Shown: positions 48,740 to 59,688 of the stretch, one piece after another
How the letters are laid out: every line of letters starts with the position of its first letter
Numbering within the stretch: the first letter of the stretch is position 1
Source: a virus
Strand: one strand, 5' to 3'
Length of the DNA: 64,000 nucleotides
IMG/VR virus record: IMGVR_UViG_3300025141_000062
Span: 1-64,000 of that record
Notes under the pieces: model-generated
Database searches by the model: none
What the model saw: only the letters and a program-made list of their open reading frames with translations
Told to the model about the DNA's origin: nothing
Program-made: the position numbers and the translations under genes

Positions 48740-51331
48740 GTGACAACTGATCGTACACGAGAGCTTAGAGAAATGCTCGCTGCACTCGAGGACACAGATG
48801 AATCCCTTGAGGCATTTAACGCCAGATGGGGAACGACAGCAACTAGTATCCAAGAGGCTAGAGATGAAGCGCGCCACCTTTTTCAGGAGATGAGAGTAGG
48901 TAGCGCAGAGGCACAGGCAGCTTGGGGATCTACACTAACACATCTTGCAAGGGGAATGGACGACATTAGGACGTCTGGCGACCTTATGCTAGAGGCTCAG
49001 GAAGAGGTAGGTAGAGAAGTCCGAGGTATATATACAAGGATGACAGGCTTTATTGGTGGAAACTTTATTGAGTCACTTCATAATTTCGGCCAAGTTTCAG
49101 ATGGGTATGTTGCCACAACGGGTCGTGCCTTAACTACCCTATACGAAGATTTTTACAAAGGAACAATCGGAGAAGCGGGCCCAGCCAGGCTTTTCTTCGG
49201 GAAGCCTGAGCAATTTTTTAACTATATAGATCAGATAGTCTATGCTGCAGGCTCAGGCTTTGCAATGATGGAAGGGTTTGCTAGGCAGGCAGAGCAGACA
49301 GGTGTGTCACTAGAAGAGCAGATGAAGAGCTCTGTTATGATAGCATATGGCCTGGGCTTATCAGAAAAGCAGATGCTTGACGTCCTTGATAGGCAGTTTA
49401 GTAGAACTGGTGAGTCAGGAGATGCAATACTAAGAGAGATGACAACATACTCTCACGCAGTTGCTGCTGTAACAGGCGACTCTGTCAAGGCAATATCTCA
49501 GGGAATGGCTGAGATGATATCAGATACAAGCACATTTGGAAATATTACAGTTGAGACAGCTGCCCAGACAACAGCCGCACTAAGGACACTTGGCCTAGAG
49601 GTGTCAGATCTTGCAGGAATGGTTGATAAGTTTTTAAACTTTGACACAGCTGCTGAGTCGCTATCAAATCTAACTACTGTTTTCGGTGTTCAGCTAGACG
49701 CGATGGAGATGATGGAAGCTGCCTCTAATGATCCATTTGAAGCAATGATGATGATGAGAGAGGCGTTTCTTGATACAGGTATAGCAGCATCAGATCTCTC
49801 ACTTCAACAGAAAAATCTCATACAGAATCAGCTAGGGCTTAGGGACATTGAGGCTGTTGAGCGACTTTTTGATCCAAGAGAAGATATTCAGTCAATGGAA
49901 GACCTTCAGAGAGCAACTGAAGGGGTCTCTGTTACAGATGCAGCTGAGTCTATGGCACTTTTAGAGGACGATATATCCCGAGTCGTAGAGACCGGTAGGG
50001 GATTTTCTGAGGAGATCATGAATACCCTGTTGCAGCAAGGTCTAGTTCCAATGGCATCCCAGGCTGCACAAAACAGCGCAAGAATGAATCAGCTATCTCT
50101 CAATATAGATCTTGTTAGAGAGAACTATAGGGATCTTATTAGTGAGGATCTTGCAGGTGATGTTGAGTCTATGCTGGACGAAGGTCTGACAAACGCCCGG
50201 GCAGGCATTCAGACACTGGCGACAGAGTTTACGGGAAATATAGCAAGAGATGCTGGTGTTAATATAACTGACGCTGTAGCGCCTGATTATGCTAGAGGCA
50301 TGGCAAATAGAATGACGAGAAGCATACGGGAAGATCCCGACACTAGGGCAGCATTTTCTTCAACTGGAACTGAGATGCTAGAGGCTCTTCTCGAGGATTT
50401 TGCTGCTGAAGAGGGAGGTAGATTTATCGGATACAATATGGGAATTGGAATAGATGGCGGGCTACACGAAGCTCTTGGCTGGTATTCTCCCGTACCTGTA
50501 TTTGAAGCTCTAAAAGATGATGCACTAGAGTCACTAGGTAAGGTTCCAAGGAGCCTAAGACGACAATTAAGGGATTCAGCAAATGAGATCAACATAGCTT
50601 CTAGAACTCATCTAGATGTTCTGATAAACGATACAGACTCTGCACTAAACACAAGTCTAAATGCAGTTGACAGGTATCTTCAGCGTGCAGGTCAAAGCTT
50701 CTCTGAGCTTACTGACGCACAAAGAGCAGACATTACAGCTCTTGCACTTCACAAGCGAGAGGTCACAGCAGCTGATATTGCCTACATGGAGGAGGCATAC
50801 TCGCTTAGGGGTGGCGGTACATCAATTGTGGAGGCCGGAAGAGAATATCTTGAAACAACACTTGGTGCATTTACACCGGGCCAGCTATTGTCACAAGAGG
50901 GCAAGGACACACTTAGAGAGCACCTGAGCGGATATGGAATAACTGTAACAGATTCAGAAATAGATAATCTTTTCTCTGCAGATGAAGCAACAAAGGCTGC
51001 TGCTCAGGGAGCAATTCTTGAGAGAATGGCGCAGGAGTCTATGCGAGCAAGGACAGAGGCAGCAGCTGAGGCCATACAGGGCTTGACAGAGACTGGTGAG
51101 GGTGCTGCTGGCACAGAAGCGCTTCCTGCTGAGCTTGGTCGACTTCAGGCTGCAATTGCACAGCTTGCATCAGCAACAAGAGGATCACAGGATAGGCCGA
51201 TAAGAATTACATTCGACTCTCAGGGCATGTTCGGTGCACTTCTTGAGGAGTTTATACGAGGAGCAGCTGTCACAGAGACAGCAGATGGATGGCAGCTTGT
51301 TACAAGAGCTCCTGGTCCGGCAAGGCAATAG
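48740..51331 (+). CDS. tape measure protein
   Basis: 863-aa A/E/M-rich helical protein directly after the chaperone genes. Confidence 0.75.
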   Translation: MTTDRTRELREMLAALEDTDESLEAFNARWGTTATSIQEARDEARHLFQEMRVGSAEAQAAWGSTLTHLARGMDDIRTSGDLMLEAQEEVGREVRGIYTRMTGFIGGNFIESLHNFGQVSDGYVATTGRALTTLYEDFYKGTIGEAGPARLFFGKPEQFFNYIDQIVYAAGSGFAMMEGFARQAEQTGVSLEEQMKSSVMIAYGLGLSEKQMLDVLDRQFSRTGESGDAILREMTTYSHAVAAVTGDSVKAISQGMAEMISDTSTFGNITVETAAQTTAALRTLGLEVSDLAGMVDKFLNFDTAAESLSNLTTVFGVQLDAMEMMEAASNDPFEAMMMMREAFLDTGIAASDLSLQQKNLIQNQLGLRDIEAVERLFDPREDIQSMEDLQRATEGVSVTDAAESMALLEDDISRVVETGRGFSEEIMNTLLQQGLVPMASQAAQNSARMNQLSLNIDLVRENYRDLISEDLAGDVESMLDEGLTNARAGIQTLATEFTGNIARDAGVNITDAVAPDYARGMANRMTRSIREDPDTRAAFSSTGTEMLEALLEDFAAEEGGRFIGYNMGIGIDGGLHEALGWYSPVPVFEALKDDALESLGKVPRSLRRQLRDSANEINIASRTHLDVLINDTDSALNTSLNAVDRYLQRAGQSFSELTDAQRADITALALHKREVTAADIAYMEEAYSLRGGGTSIVEAGREYLETTLGAFTPGQLLSQEGKDTLREHLSGYGITVTDSEIDNLFSADEATKAAAQGAILERMAQESMRARTEAAAEAIQGLTETGEGAAGTEALPAELGRLQAAIAQLASATRGSQDRPIRITFDSQGMFGALLEEFIRGAAVTETADGWQLVTRAPGPARQ

Positions 51332-51346
51332 AAGCTGAGGAGTGAA

Positions 51347-51613
51347 ATGAGCGATATTTTACTAGAAATTGAGAGAGATCCAGAGATCTGGGATGATATG
51401 GCAGATCTTACAGAGGAAGAAAAGAATATGCTATTCTCTGAGATAAAGAATATTTCAAAAAATCTTCAACATGCACTTGATTCACTAGAAAAGTCTCTAA
51501 ATACTGAGGATGGAATACTTAGATTTGTTGAGACGGTTGGAAAATCTATTTCCAGCGGTGAGTTTAGTGAAAACATCGGTACAGAGGTGATAGAGTGGCC
51601 AGAGAAACCCTAA
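51347..51613 (+). CDS. small acidic hypothetical protein
   Basis: GAGGAG SD, 88 aa. Confidence 0.6.
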   Translation: MSDILLEIERDPEIWDDMADLTEEEKNMLFSEIKNISKNLQHALDSLEKSLNTEDGILRFVETVGKSISSGEFSENIGTEVIEWPEKP

Positions 51614-54600
51614 GAGATTTCTTATCATCAATCGGAAGCGGAAAGTCTTCGATATCATATAACGTGAGAGATGATTCGGGAGACGGTTCAGTAGGTTCAG
51701 GAGATGATCTGGGCGTAGATCCCTCTACTGGAAAGGAGCTTCTTAAGCTAGGCGATCAGTCAAAGGGTCTTCTTGGAGACTATCTAAGCTTTATTCAAAA
51801 AAATTCAAATGTAATATTTAATGTGGCACCTGGAAATACTGAGGCAGTTTCAGCAGTTAGGGGAAATCCGCTTGAGTCAGCGCTTGATCAGGGTGCAGAA
51901 AATGTATTTATTGATGTAAATGATTCATCTGAGGGCTCTATCAATCTAAATAGAGTATCAAATAGCAGTAGAATGTCAACTCTTATAGATAAGACACAGG
52001 GCACCAAAGGTCATTATCTTTTAAATGACATAGAGGGTGCTGATACAAATATATCTGGAAAGCTAAGCATTAAGCCCAGACCGTATCCACCAACACCGGA
52101 GGGCGCTAGTGAAAAGGAGCTTGTCAATCTGTCTGTTGAGGTAATGAGAGAAGATGGAAGATTCTATCCTGCAGGCGCAGCCATGGGAAAGGCATTTGCA
52201 AAGAGGTATCAATCTTCAGATGTATTTGATGAGTCAGATGATAAGCTTACTGTTCAAAGAGATTTTGGTGACTACAGTGACATAGCAACAGCTGCAAGTC
52301 TTGAACAGCTAAAGAGAATCGGAAAATCACTTCTATCACAGGCAGCTAGAATAAGTGACAGTCAGAAATATCCAGAAAAAAATCTTACGTCAATAGAGCC
52401 CACAGATAAGGTAGACCCATCAGACCTTATGGCAAAGAATGCTGACGGATTTCCAACTACAGAGTCTGGAGATTCATCAAGAATCGGAAGGGGAGAGTTT
52501 ATATCTTTAGATGCAACAGACTCATCAAAATCGTTTGGGTCACTAACAGATGTAGATCACAAGTTTGACACAGTAAGTGATTCATATATGAAGGCAAGAG
52601 CGGCAGTCGGAATAAAGGCAGCTGTCCTTGCTATCAAGACATTTAGTAACTTAGCATTTCAGGCATCAAAAGGCGAATCAGACGGAATAAACGGATCTCT
52701 TGAAACAGGTATGGGTGTAAAGATATCTGGTAAGAATAAGCAGTATGTAGATGAAGGAACATCATTTATAATGTCGTCTCTTTTAATACCTACTAGACAT
52801 TCATATGAAAGGTGTGTAAGAAACGGTCTAAAATATATGTTCTCAATTGACAATATGGACAAGCCTAAGGGATCTAAAAATAGCGATGTATCATCATCTA
52901 AGCTTGTCTCAAGCGCACCAGGATATTCTGTAGTTCTAGCAAGATCTATATTTAGATCTGTTGAGAAGCTCAACAACATAATGTCAACAATATCATCTGG
53001 ATCTGCTGAAAACTCTGAAGTAATCCTTATGCAAATTGCAAGATCTGGAATTATTGGGTTTTTAAACTCACTTGCAAGAGTAGGTGATATTAGAATTTCT
53101 AGATTTGACTCCAGAATCAGAACAGAATACTCTAGCAACGGACCATGGGATGTTGACAATCTTCCAGATGGACCATCAACAAGGGTGTCTAAGAGCAGGA
53201 CGTCAGATGGATTTAATTCAACTGCACTGTCCATGAGAACATCTGCAACACCCTCAGCATATGTCCTTCCTCTGGGTCCAATAAGGGCTGCTATAAGAAT
53301 GGGAACAGGTGGAATAGGTGTAAACCCCGCAAAGGGAATGCTTGTTAGCTCTATATCAAAGAAGACGTTTTTTGGACCTTCATTGACAAAGTCTGGAAAT
53401 GGACCTCTTGCAACTGAAGGGCGGATTCCACCAGAAGTTGTTAGAAGAGTAGAGGATATGCTTGATGCAGAGTATGTTCCATTTTACTTTCACGATATTA
53501 GGACAAATGAAATAATTGCATTTCACGCATTCTTAGACTCACTGTCAGACGGATTTAATGCTGAGTACTCTGCAACATCAGGGTATGGAAGAATGGACCC
53601 AGTTCAGACTTATAAATCTACAAGTAGGACAATTGGATTCTCATTTCACGTAGTTGCAACCTCTGAAGAAGATTTTGATGAGATGTGGTTTAAGATCAAT
53701 AAGCTTGTAACACTTGTGTATCCGCAGTGGACAAAGGGTGACCTTATTACAGATGGAACTGCAAAGTTTATTCAACCATTTAGTCAGGTAATTGGTGCCA
53801 CTCCCTTGATAAGACTTAGAATTGGTGACGTTATAAAAAGCAACTATTCTAAATTTAATCTTTCTAGAATGTTTGGAACAGGTGAGCCTGATACTAAGTT
53901 TTTAACAAAGGCAGAGGGCGTCCTATCCTCGCTTGCAAGTGTAGGTGAAAAACAGCTTGACCTTGAGGCAATCTATAGAGAGGCATTCTTAAACATATTT
54001 GCTGTAAAGTTTGGAAGTCCAATATCAACACTATCAGCATTGCTTGGTGGGGCTAGAAATATTCCAGCTGCAGATGTTGTATTTAGTGCAGGACTGTCTG
54101 CAGCTTCTAAGTTTCTAGATAATGGATTTGCCTCTTGGTCTATGAACGCCATTACAAATAAGCTAATCGACCCAGTAAGAGAAAGAGCTCCAGATATAGA
54201 CGGTGAGTTTGGATATGTGGGAGGCGAGAGGCCTGCGTTTATGCCCGGAGCCGGTGCTGCAGACGTTGTATTTATAAAGGGCACTACGTCAAAAGGCTAT
54301 TTAGTTACAGACGGCATATCAGAAATGCTTGGCGGAAAAATTTCACTGCAGGTTCTTAAAGTTGGTGATAGAATTAGATTTTCTAGACCAGTGAAGGCAG
54401 TTGTGATATCTAGAAAGATAGTTTCATCAGGTAACAAAGGAATTAGTGATTTTCCAGGATCTGCATCGGATAGTTTTAAAAGAAGAACCATATACACAGT
54501 AGAGCTTATGGGCGGACTATTTGACGGATCAGCAGCAATTCCATATTATCTTAATGGAGTGCAAATAGAAGTTTCACACTCTGATATTATTCCAGACCCC

Positions 54601-55089
54601 AACGACATCTTTAATAGGCTAATGCTTCCATTTCTAGACCCAATTGGATGGGCAATGTCAAGTGTTCAGGAAAAGATTAATAGCGCAGCAGGTGCAATAG
54701 GCATTCCTGGGGACACTGTAAATATAAACTACACACATTCAAGCAGATTCATGGTTGCAAGAGATAATGCAATAGTTAAGTCATTTGATAGTACAAAGGG
54801 TAGGGGTCTTGCCGGAGTAATAGACAAGCTATCATTTAACTGGATCGGAGACGAACCGTGGGAGATAGATTGGGGCTCTAGGGCACCAAAGGTATGCAAG
54901 ATTGATGTTGGATTTAGGCCAATTCACGACCTTCCGCCCGGAATTGATCATGAAGGATTCAATAGAGCACCAGTTTATAACGTCGGAAAGATTATGAGAT
55001 ATGTTGCAGGTGACCCATATGACGATAACGGAGAATCTGCTAAACGTGAATATGAAGTAGAAAATAAAAAGACATTTAAGCTAGAGTAA
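51595..55089 (+). CDS. baseplate/tail-tube initiator-like protein with large insertions
   Basis: AFLDSLSDGFNAEYS..GYGRMDPVQTYKSTSRTIGFSF, PLIRLRIGD, GVIDKLSFNW...PWEI...IDVGFRPIH resemble the tube-initiator fold of contractile tails. Confidence 0.6.
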   Translation: MARETLRDFLSSIGSGKSSISYNVRDDSGDGSVGSGDDLGVDPSTGKELLKLGDQSKGLLGDYLSFIQKNSNVIFNVAPGNTEAVSAVRGNPLESALDQGAENVFIDVNDSSEGSINLNRVSNSSRMSTLIDKTQGTKGHYLLNDIEGADTNISGKLSIKPRPYPPTPEGASEKELVNLSVEVMREDGRFYPAGAAMGKAFAKRYQSSDVFDESDDKLTVQRDFGDYSDIATAASLEQLKRIGKSLLSQAARISDSQKYPEKNLTSIEPTDKVDPSDLMAKNADGFPTTESGDSSRIGRGEFISLDATDSSKSFGSLTDVDHKFDTVSDSYMKARAAVGIKAAVLAIKTFSNLAFQASKGESDGINGSLETGMGVKISGKNKQYVDEGTSFIMSSLLIPTRHSYERCVRNGLKYMFSIDNMDKPKGSKNSDVSSSKLVSSAPGYSVVLARSIFRSVEKLNNIMSTISSGSAENSEVILMQIARSGIIGFLNSLARVGDIRISRFDSRIRTEYSSNGPWDVDNLPDGPSTRVSKSRTSDGFNSTALSMRTSATPSAYVLPLGPIRAAIRMGTGGIGVNPAKGMLVSSISKKTFFGPSLTKSGNGPLATEGRIPPEVVRRVEDMLDAEYVPFYFHDIRTNEIIAFHAFLDSLSDGFNAEYSATSGYGRMDPVQTYKSTSRTIGFSFHVVATSEEDFDEMWFKINKLVTLVYPQWTKGDLITDGTAKFIQPFSQVIGATPLIRLRIGDVIKSNYSKFNLSRMFGTGEPDTKFLTKAEGVLSSLASVGEKQLDLEAIYREAFLNIFAVKFGSPISTLSALLGGARNIPAADVVFSAGLSAASKFLDNGFASWSMNAITNKLIDPVRERAPDIDGEFGYVGGERPAFMPGAGAADVVFIKGTTSKGYLVTDGISEMLGGKISLQVLKVGDRIRFSRPVKAVVISRKIVSSGNKGISDFPGSASDSFKRRTIYTVELMGGLFDGSAAIPYYLNGVQIEVSHSDIIPDPNDIFNRLMLPFLDPIGWAMSSVQEKINSAAGAIGIPGDTVNINYTHSSRFMVARDNAIVKSFDSTKGRGLAGVIDKLSFNWIGDEPWEIDWGSRAPKVCKIDVGFRPIHDLPPGIDHEGFNRAPVYNVGKIMRYVAGDPYDDNGESAKREYEVENKKTFKLE

Positions 55090-55094
55090 TTAAA

Positions 55095-55385
55095 ATGGGA
55101 TTTGGAAGATATTCATTCAATAAAAAGGTAAATGGAAGATTTTACAAGACAAACGAGTATGCATCTGCAATCAGAAGGGGCGTCGTTGATGGATCAATAC
55201 CATATTCAACAAAGATTCTTGCAGAGGGTGAAAGACTTGATACAATAGCAGGAAACACATACGGAGACGGAAGGCTTTGGTGGGTAATTGCAGCTGCATC
55301 TGGAATTGGCTGGGGTTTGCAGGTTCCTCCTGGAACATTAATTTTTATTCCAGACAGTACAGGTCAGATATTTTCACTTATATAG
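55095..55385 (+). CDS. LysM-like baseplate wedge protein (gp53/P2 gpX-like)
   Basis: GERLDTIAGNTYGDGRLWWVIAAAS...PGTLIFIP. Confidence 0.8.
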   Translation: MGFGRYSFNKKVNGRFYKTNEYASAIRRGVVDGSIPYSTKILAEGERLDTIAGNTYGDGRLWWVIAAASGIGWGLQVPPGTLIFIPDSTGQIFSLI

Positions 55386-55421
55386 ACACTTTATTTTTAC
55401 AACACCTAAGGATTAAAAACC

Positions 55422-58400
55422 ATGCCGTTTAATGGAGACGCACTTAAGTTTGGGTTTAACGGTGTCACTCCTCACAAAGCAACAAATCTTCTCTTAAAGT
55501 ATTTTGCGTATGGTGGAGCAGGCCCATCACCCACGATAACTACACCCTCTGAGGGTGATATGCCCGTAAGGATTATCAGCACATCAACATCAGACTCTGC
55601 CACTGTTACATCAAGACGGGCAACAGCGCAAGATGTAGTCAACAATCCTGGAACGGGTCTTAGTGAAGGCGATCTAGTAGAAGAGACTGTATTTCATGAT
55701 GGGCAACAGTTCGGTGCGTATACACCGTTTTACTCCTCTTCTGAGGTTTCAAACACTATTATTGACAATTTCTTTGATAACTCTCAGGGAGCAAGCTTTG
55801 CTGTAGATATTATAAAAGATCTTGTTTCTGTTTCTAACACAACTGAGGTTATGACATCAACTTCAGTACTCAGGCTTCAGGAAATGGAGAGGGCTGAGAA
55901 TGCTGGAGCCCCTCTTAGAAGTGGAGATGTTGGTTGGTCTCCAGAGTATGAGGAGCTTTTTGGTGCTGACATCCTTTCCTATGTAAACATATACTATGAG
56001 CATCTTGATGAAAGTGTATATGGCGAGCACGGAATGCCACTCTGGCAACCAGAGCATCGTGGGACTAGAGACATCAATACAAGCTATGATAATGGAAGAG
56101 GTTTTATAGGAACTGCAAGCATGGCTATGATTACGGCTGATCTAGTTGCATTTTCAGATGTAGGCGAAGATTCAGACGATATCGCTTCTGCAACACCAGG
56201 CACAAATCTTAACCAGGAGCTTCTAGTCATAGCAGTCCAAAACGCACTTGAAGAGGCAAAAGAGAGAGAGATACCGGCTGGTGAAATCGGATTGGGATCA
56301 TTCGGATATACAAGAGGGGTGGGTTCAACTCCATATGTCATAATCAACTCTGTTGGGCCGTCTTCGAGGGAAGCAAGATCAAGTGCCGACTTTGCCCAGT
56401 GGATCTATTACGAGGCAATGGCATTGTCGTACGGTCACGACTACACAGGTGCTGTCGATCGGTCTGAGGGAGATTCAACAACAGGTGGATATGAAACGTA
56501 CTATCTGGGTGTAGATGAACAAAGAGTGATTACAGAAACTGATCCTGACACAGGAGAAGAAACAGGAGATACCACTTTAAAATACTGGAATGTTAGAGAG
56601 CTAACATTCGCCCTATCAGTCCTCTCTAGACTACTTGACAAGCCATCGTCTGAGTTTGTAAGTGACGCACTTCAAGATTCCAATGGTCAATTTTCATATG
56701 GCATAAATTTAAATCCAATGATGCCGGACAGAGTTACGTCTCCCAGTCTATCAGCAATAGTTCTTCCAACAATGCAACACAATATAGCAGTTAGAGATAC
56801 AGACTCTGCAGCTCTGTTCATGTCTGCAATTCCTACTGTTGAGATGTCTAGATGTTCTCCTCTTCTTAACCTAAGGTTCAATATAGACACACCTCCATTA
56901 GATCAATATGGTGTTGTTTCACAGCCTCATCTTGTTGGATTTCTTGGAAACCTAATGCCCTGGCCAGGCACTGCTAACTTTTCAATGGTTAACTCAATGC
57001 CCGAGTCTATGATAAGGGGTAGCGATGAGAATTTATTTACTGACTATGGTGTGCAGGCAGTGTCTAGGCTTTCACACAATAGTGAAGATGCAGAAATGAA
57101 AAACTATGGAGTTCAAAAGCTAAATGTTGCATCAATGGGAATGGAGGTCTTTACATCTCCGCAGACTCTTGTAAATATGCAGGTTAATACTGGAAGATTT
57201 GGAAGGCTCCCGGTACTAGATCCAACGCAGCCGTTCATGACACTAGAGAGCGCAACCATAAGAGAGTATTCATCAGGATATGGGCTTATTGGATTTAAAA
57301 AGGCAACTGTCACTCTTACTCTTCATGACAGATCTAGACTTCATGAGATAGCACCATTTATATCACCAAGGGGATTTGGAGCTGTAACAGCAACACTTGA
57401 GTACGGCTGGTCTCATCCTGACAGTGATCCAATGACAGGTTCACCCTATGGTATATTTCTAAACTCACTTAGAAAGGTCGAGAGATATAGATTGATTAGG
57501 GGAAACTACAGCATGGATCAATCTGGTCAGATAAAAGTTACACTTGAGATGGGCATAACAGGCGGAGAAGATGTTAAAAGAACACACTTTGCAACAGGTC
57601 AATACATCATGGCAGCTGAAGTTGACAATGTCTTCAAAGATATTTTTGACATACAGCGAAGGGCAGTTCAAAGAGCTGTGTCAACATTAAGCCCAGACGT
57701 TATGCAAGAGCAAAGCATGGCAATAAGAAATGCGTCCTCTGAGGGTCTCATGGTTAGAAGAACACTGTATGTGATTGCACTTGAAATGAGGAGAAAGCTT
57801 CTAAATTCAAATATGGACCCATCCATGAACACGACGGACCTTGTCGGCAATATCAATATTGCTGAAGATATCGTTTCAACGTATAACAGCCTATATGATG
57901 CTTGCACACAAAGGCCTCAGTCAGATACAATTTCTGCTCAACATGTTTGTCTAGGAAAGCTTAATTCACTTAATCCAGTTCACCCACAGGCAACACCAGA
58001 TCCGTTTCTTGCAAATTTTTCCATAAGATATTCAGTTGACGGCGGAGGAACAGTTATTAATGCGTTTTCTACTGAGACAGAGCTCGCAAGGTCAGACCCA
58101 GGAAGTGAAAGCAGCGCATGGGTCTCTCTTGCAAAGGTTTTTATGTGTCTAGTTGGAAGGCCACTGGCTGCAACGCACAGATACGATGAGGTTCAGGTTG
58201 TATTTTATGGGTTCAACGACTCTGCTGGATGTGCTAGCAGACAAGATATATCTCAGTTTCCAATTAGCTATGAGCAGCTTGCACTAGACATGACTAATGA
58301 AATTACTAGAAATCCAAATCTAAAAGTTGGACAGATTATAGATATAATTTCAGACTATGTAGACAACCCGATGCATCCAGCTTACGGTCTTACACATGTA

Positions 58401-59654
58401 TATGAGGCAAAGGATGCCTACGATGCTGAAATAGCTGCATCTTCACAAGCAGTCGTGGATGGAACCGCTGCAGCCGGAGAGGAAAGAGCATCTCAGGAAG
58501 AACCTTTTGATTTGGGATATGAGATAAATAGAGCACTTTATCACATGGGTCTTCCAAGACCTGAATTTAGGGTCCCAAGGATGAAGGTGCTGTTTGAAGC
58601 ACTTCCGGCAAGAAGCGCAGGTGCCATGGATCTTTCAAGAGAAATATTAAGAATTCATGTATTTGATAGAAATGTTGTTAGAAATGTGGGAGAGAAGTTC
58701 GCCTTAGATTGTGCAACATCTGGAAAGATGATGTCGCTATACCAGGATGCAGCTGATAGCATGGGTGGATCAGGTGATCTTAATGACAGAACGCAGTCAA
58801 GAAGAATGCTTAGTGCATTTATAGGCTCTTCACAAAACATACTTGGAAGAATGGAATCACCAGAGGGATCAAATGAGGAGGGTCAAACTCCAGATCCCTG
58901 GGATCAGTTTGCAACATACTACAATGATGCACTAAGCAGAGATGCAGTTCATGCGTTTGTGAAGTCAAGGGTGCCGTCTATTCTATTTGGATCATCATTT
59001 AGCCCAATAGACAGTTTAACAATAAACGGAAGAAGTAGCGGTCAGGTTTTTGATGCACTTCTTTCTGAGCAGTGGTCAGGAAATACAGACAGTGACGTAA
59101 ATCAGGGATCTGGTGAAAATATAACTGAGCTTAGGGTCGTTCCTGTAGATGCAAAAGCATCAGGCCTTGGGTGCACATCAATACACTACGGTCAGCAATT
59201 TTATCTAGACCTTAGGACAGGTACAACAGCAGATAATATATTTGTAGTAAGCGATGTTACTCACACGCTGTCACCTGGAACGTTTAAGACAGATATTACA
59301 TTTAATCCTGCTGGTGCATATGGAACAGTTGACTCTGTTAGGTCTAAGGTTCTAAGCACTCTAAACGCCATAAGGGCAGCATCAGGCGTAGAAGGTCAGC
59401 CGGTCGCACAAGATCCTGAGGTCGATAGAAGAGATGAGAATGCAGAAACAATCATAGAATATCTTGATACAGAGACTGTCAATGGACAGTCAGTTCTTGA
59501 TTACATGCGAGAGCTAGGGTATGAAGAAGAAGACGTCACTGAAGTCAGCGCCGGTATAGAGGCTGCAGGCGATGAGTGGAAGACATGGGTTGAGGAAAAT
59601 ATAGAAGCAATTGACGATAATAATGAGTCAACAGGCGAAGAGTCTTCTGAGTAA
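55422..59654 (+). CDS. putative baseplate hub protein (gp27/gpD-like) with extensions
   Basis: TLEYGWSHP and C-terminal FVVSDVTHTLSPGTFKTDITF hub-like motifs; follows the LysM gene. Confidence 0.55.
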   Translation: MPFNGDALKFGFNGVTPHKATNLLLKYFAYGGAGPSPTITTPSEGDMPVRIISTSTSDSATVTSRRATAQDVVNNPGTGLSEGDLVEETVFHDGQQFGAYTPFYSSSEVSNTIIDNFFDNSQGASFAVDIIKDLVSVSNTTEVMTSTSVLRLQEMERAENAGAPLRSGDVGWSPEYEELFGADILSYVNIYYEHLDESVYGEHGMPLWQPEHRGTRDINTSYDNGRGFIGTASMAMITADLVAFSDVGEDSDDIASATPGTNLNQELLVIAVQNALEEAKEREIPAGEIGLGSFGYTRGVGSTPYVIINSVGPSSREARSSADFAQWIYYEAMALSYGHDYTGAVDRSEGDSTTGGYETYYLGVDEQRVITETDPDTGEETGDTTLKYWNVRELTFALSVLSRLLDKPSSEFVSDALQDSNGQFSYGINLNPMMPDRVTSPSLSAIVLPTMQHNIAVRDTDSAALFMSAIPTVEMSRCSPLLNLRFNIDTPPLDQYGVVSQPHLVGFLGNLMPWPGTANFSMVNSMPESMIRGSDENLFTDYGVQAVSRLSHNSEDAEMKNYGVQKLNVASMGMEVFTSPQTLVNMQVNTGRFGRLPVLDPTQPFMTLESATIREYSSGYGLIGFKKATVTLTLHDRSRLHEIAPFISPRGFGAVTATLEYGWSHPDSDPMTGSPYGIFLNSLRKVERYRLIRGNYSMDQSGQIKVTLEMGITGGEDVKRTHFATGQYIMAAEVDNVFKDIFDIQRRAVQRAVSTLSPDVMQEQSMAIRNASSEGLMVRRTLYVIALEMRRKLLNSNMDPSMNTTDLVGNINIAEDIVSTYNSLYDACTQRPQSDTISAQHVCLGKLNSLNPVHPQATPDPFLANFSIRYSVDGGGTVINAFSTETELARSDPGSESSAWVSLAKVFMCLVGRPLAATHRYDEVQVVFYGFNDSAGCASRQDISQFPISYEQLALDMTNEITRNPNLKVGQIIDIISDYVDNPMHPAYGLTHVYEAKDAYDAEIAASSQAVVDGTAAAGEERASQEEPFDLGYEINRALYHMGLPRPEFRVPRMKVLFEALPARSAGAMDLSREILRIHVFDRNVVRNVGEKFALDCATSGKMMSLYQDAADSMGGSGDLNDRTQSRRMLSAFIGSSQNILGRMESPEGSNEEGQTPDPWDQFATYYNDALSRDAVHAFVKSRVPSILFGSSFSPIDSLTINGRSSGQVFDALLSEQWSGNTDSDVNQGSGENITELRVVPVDAKASGLGCTSIHYGQQFYLDLRTGTTADNIFVVSDVTHTLSPGTFKTDITFNPAGAYGTVDSVRSKVLSTLNAIRAASGVEGQPVAQDPEVDRRDENAETIIEYLDTETVNGQSVLDYMRELGYEEEDVTEVSAGIEAAGDEWKTWVEENIEAIDDNNESTGEESSE

Positions 59655-59682
59655 ATGAACATTTAAGATTATTGTGTATTAT
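59655..59682 (+). promoter_or_regulatory. sigma70-like promoter
   Basis: ATGAAC-N16-TATTAT upstream of the polA-like gene. Confidence 0.45.
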
Positions 59683-59688
59683 TAATAT

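Noticed and set aside
37525-59654. Extracellular contractile injection system or tailocin locus (multiple sheaths, LysM, hub)
   Set aside because: It is contiguous with terminase, portal, protease, capsid and neck genes, so it is a phage tail.
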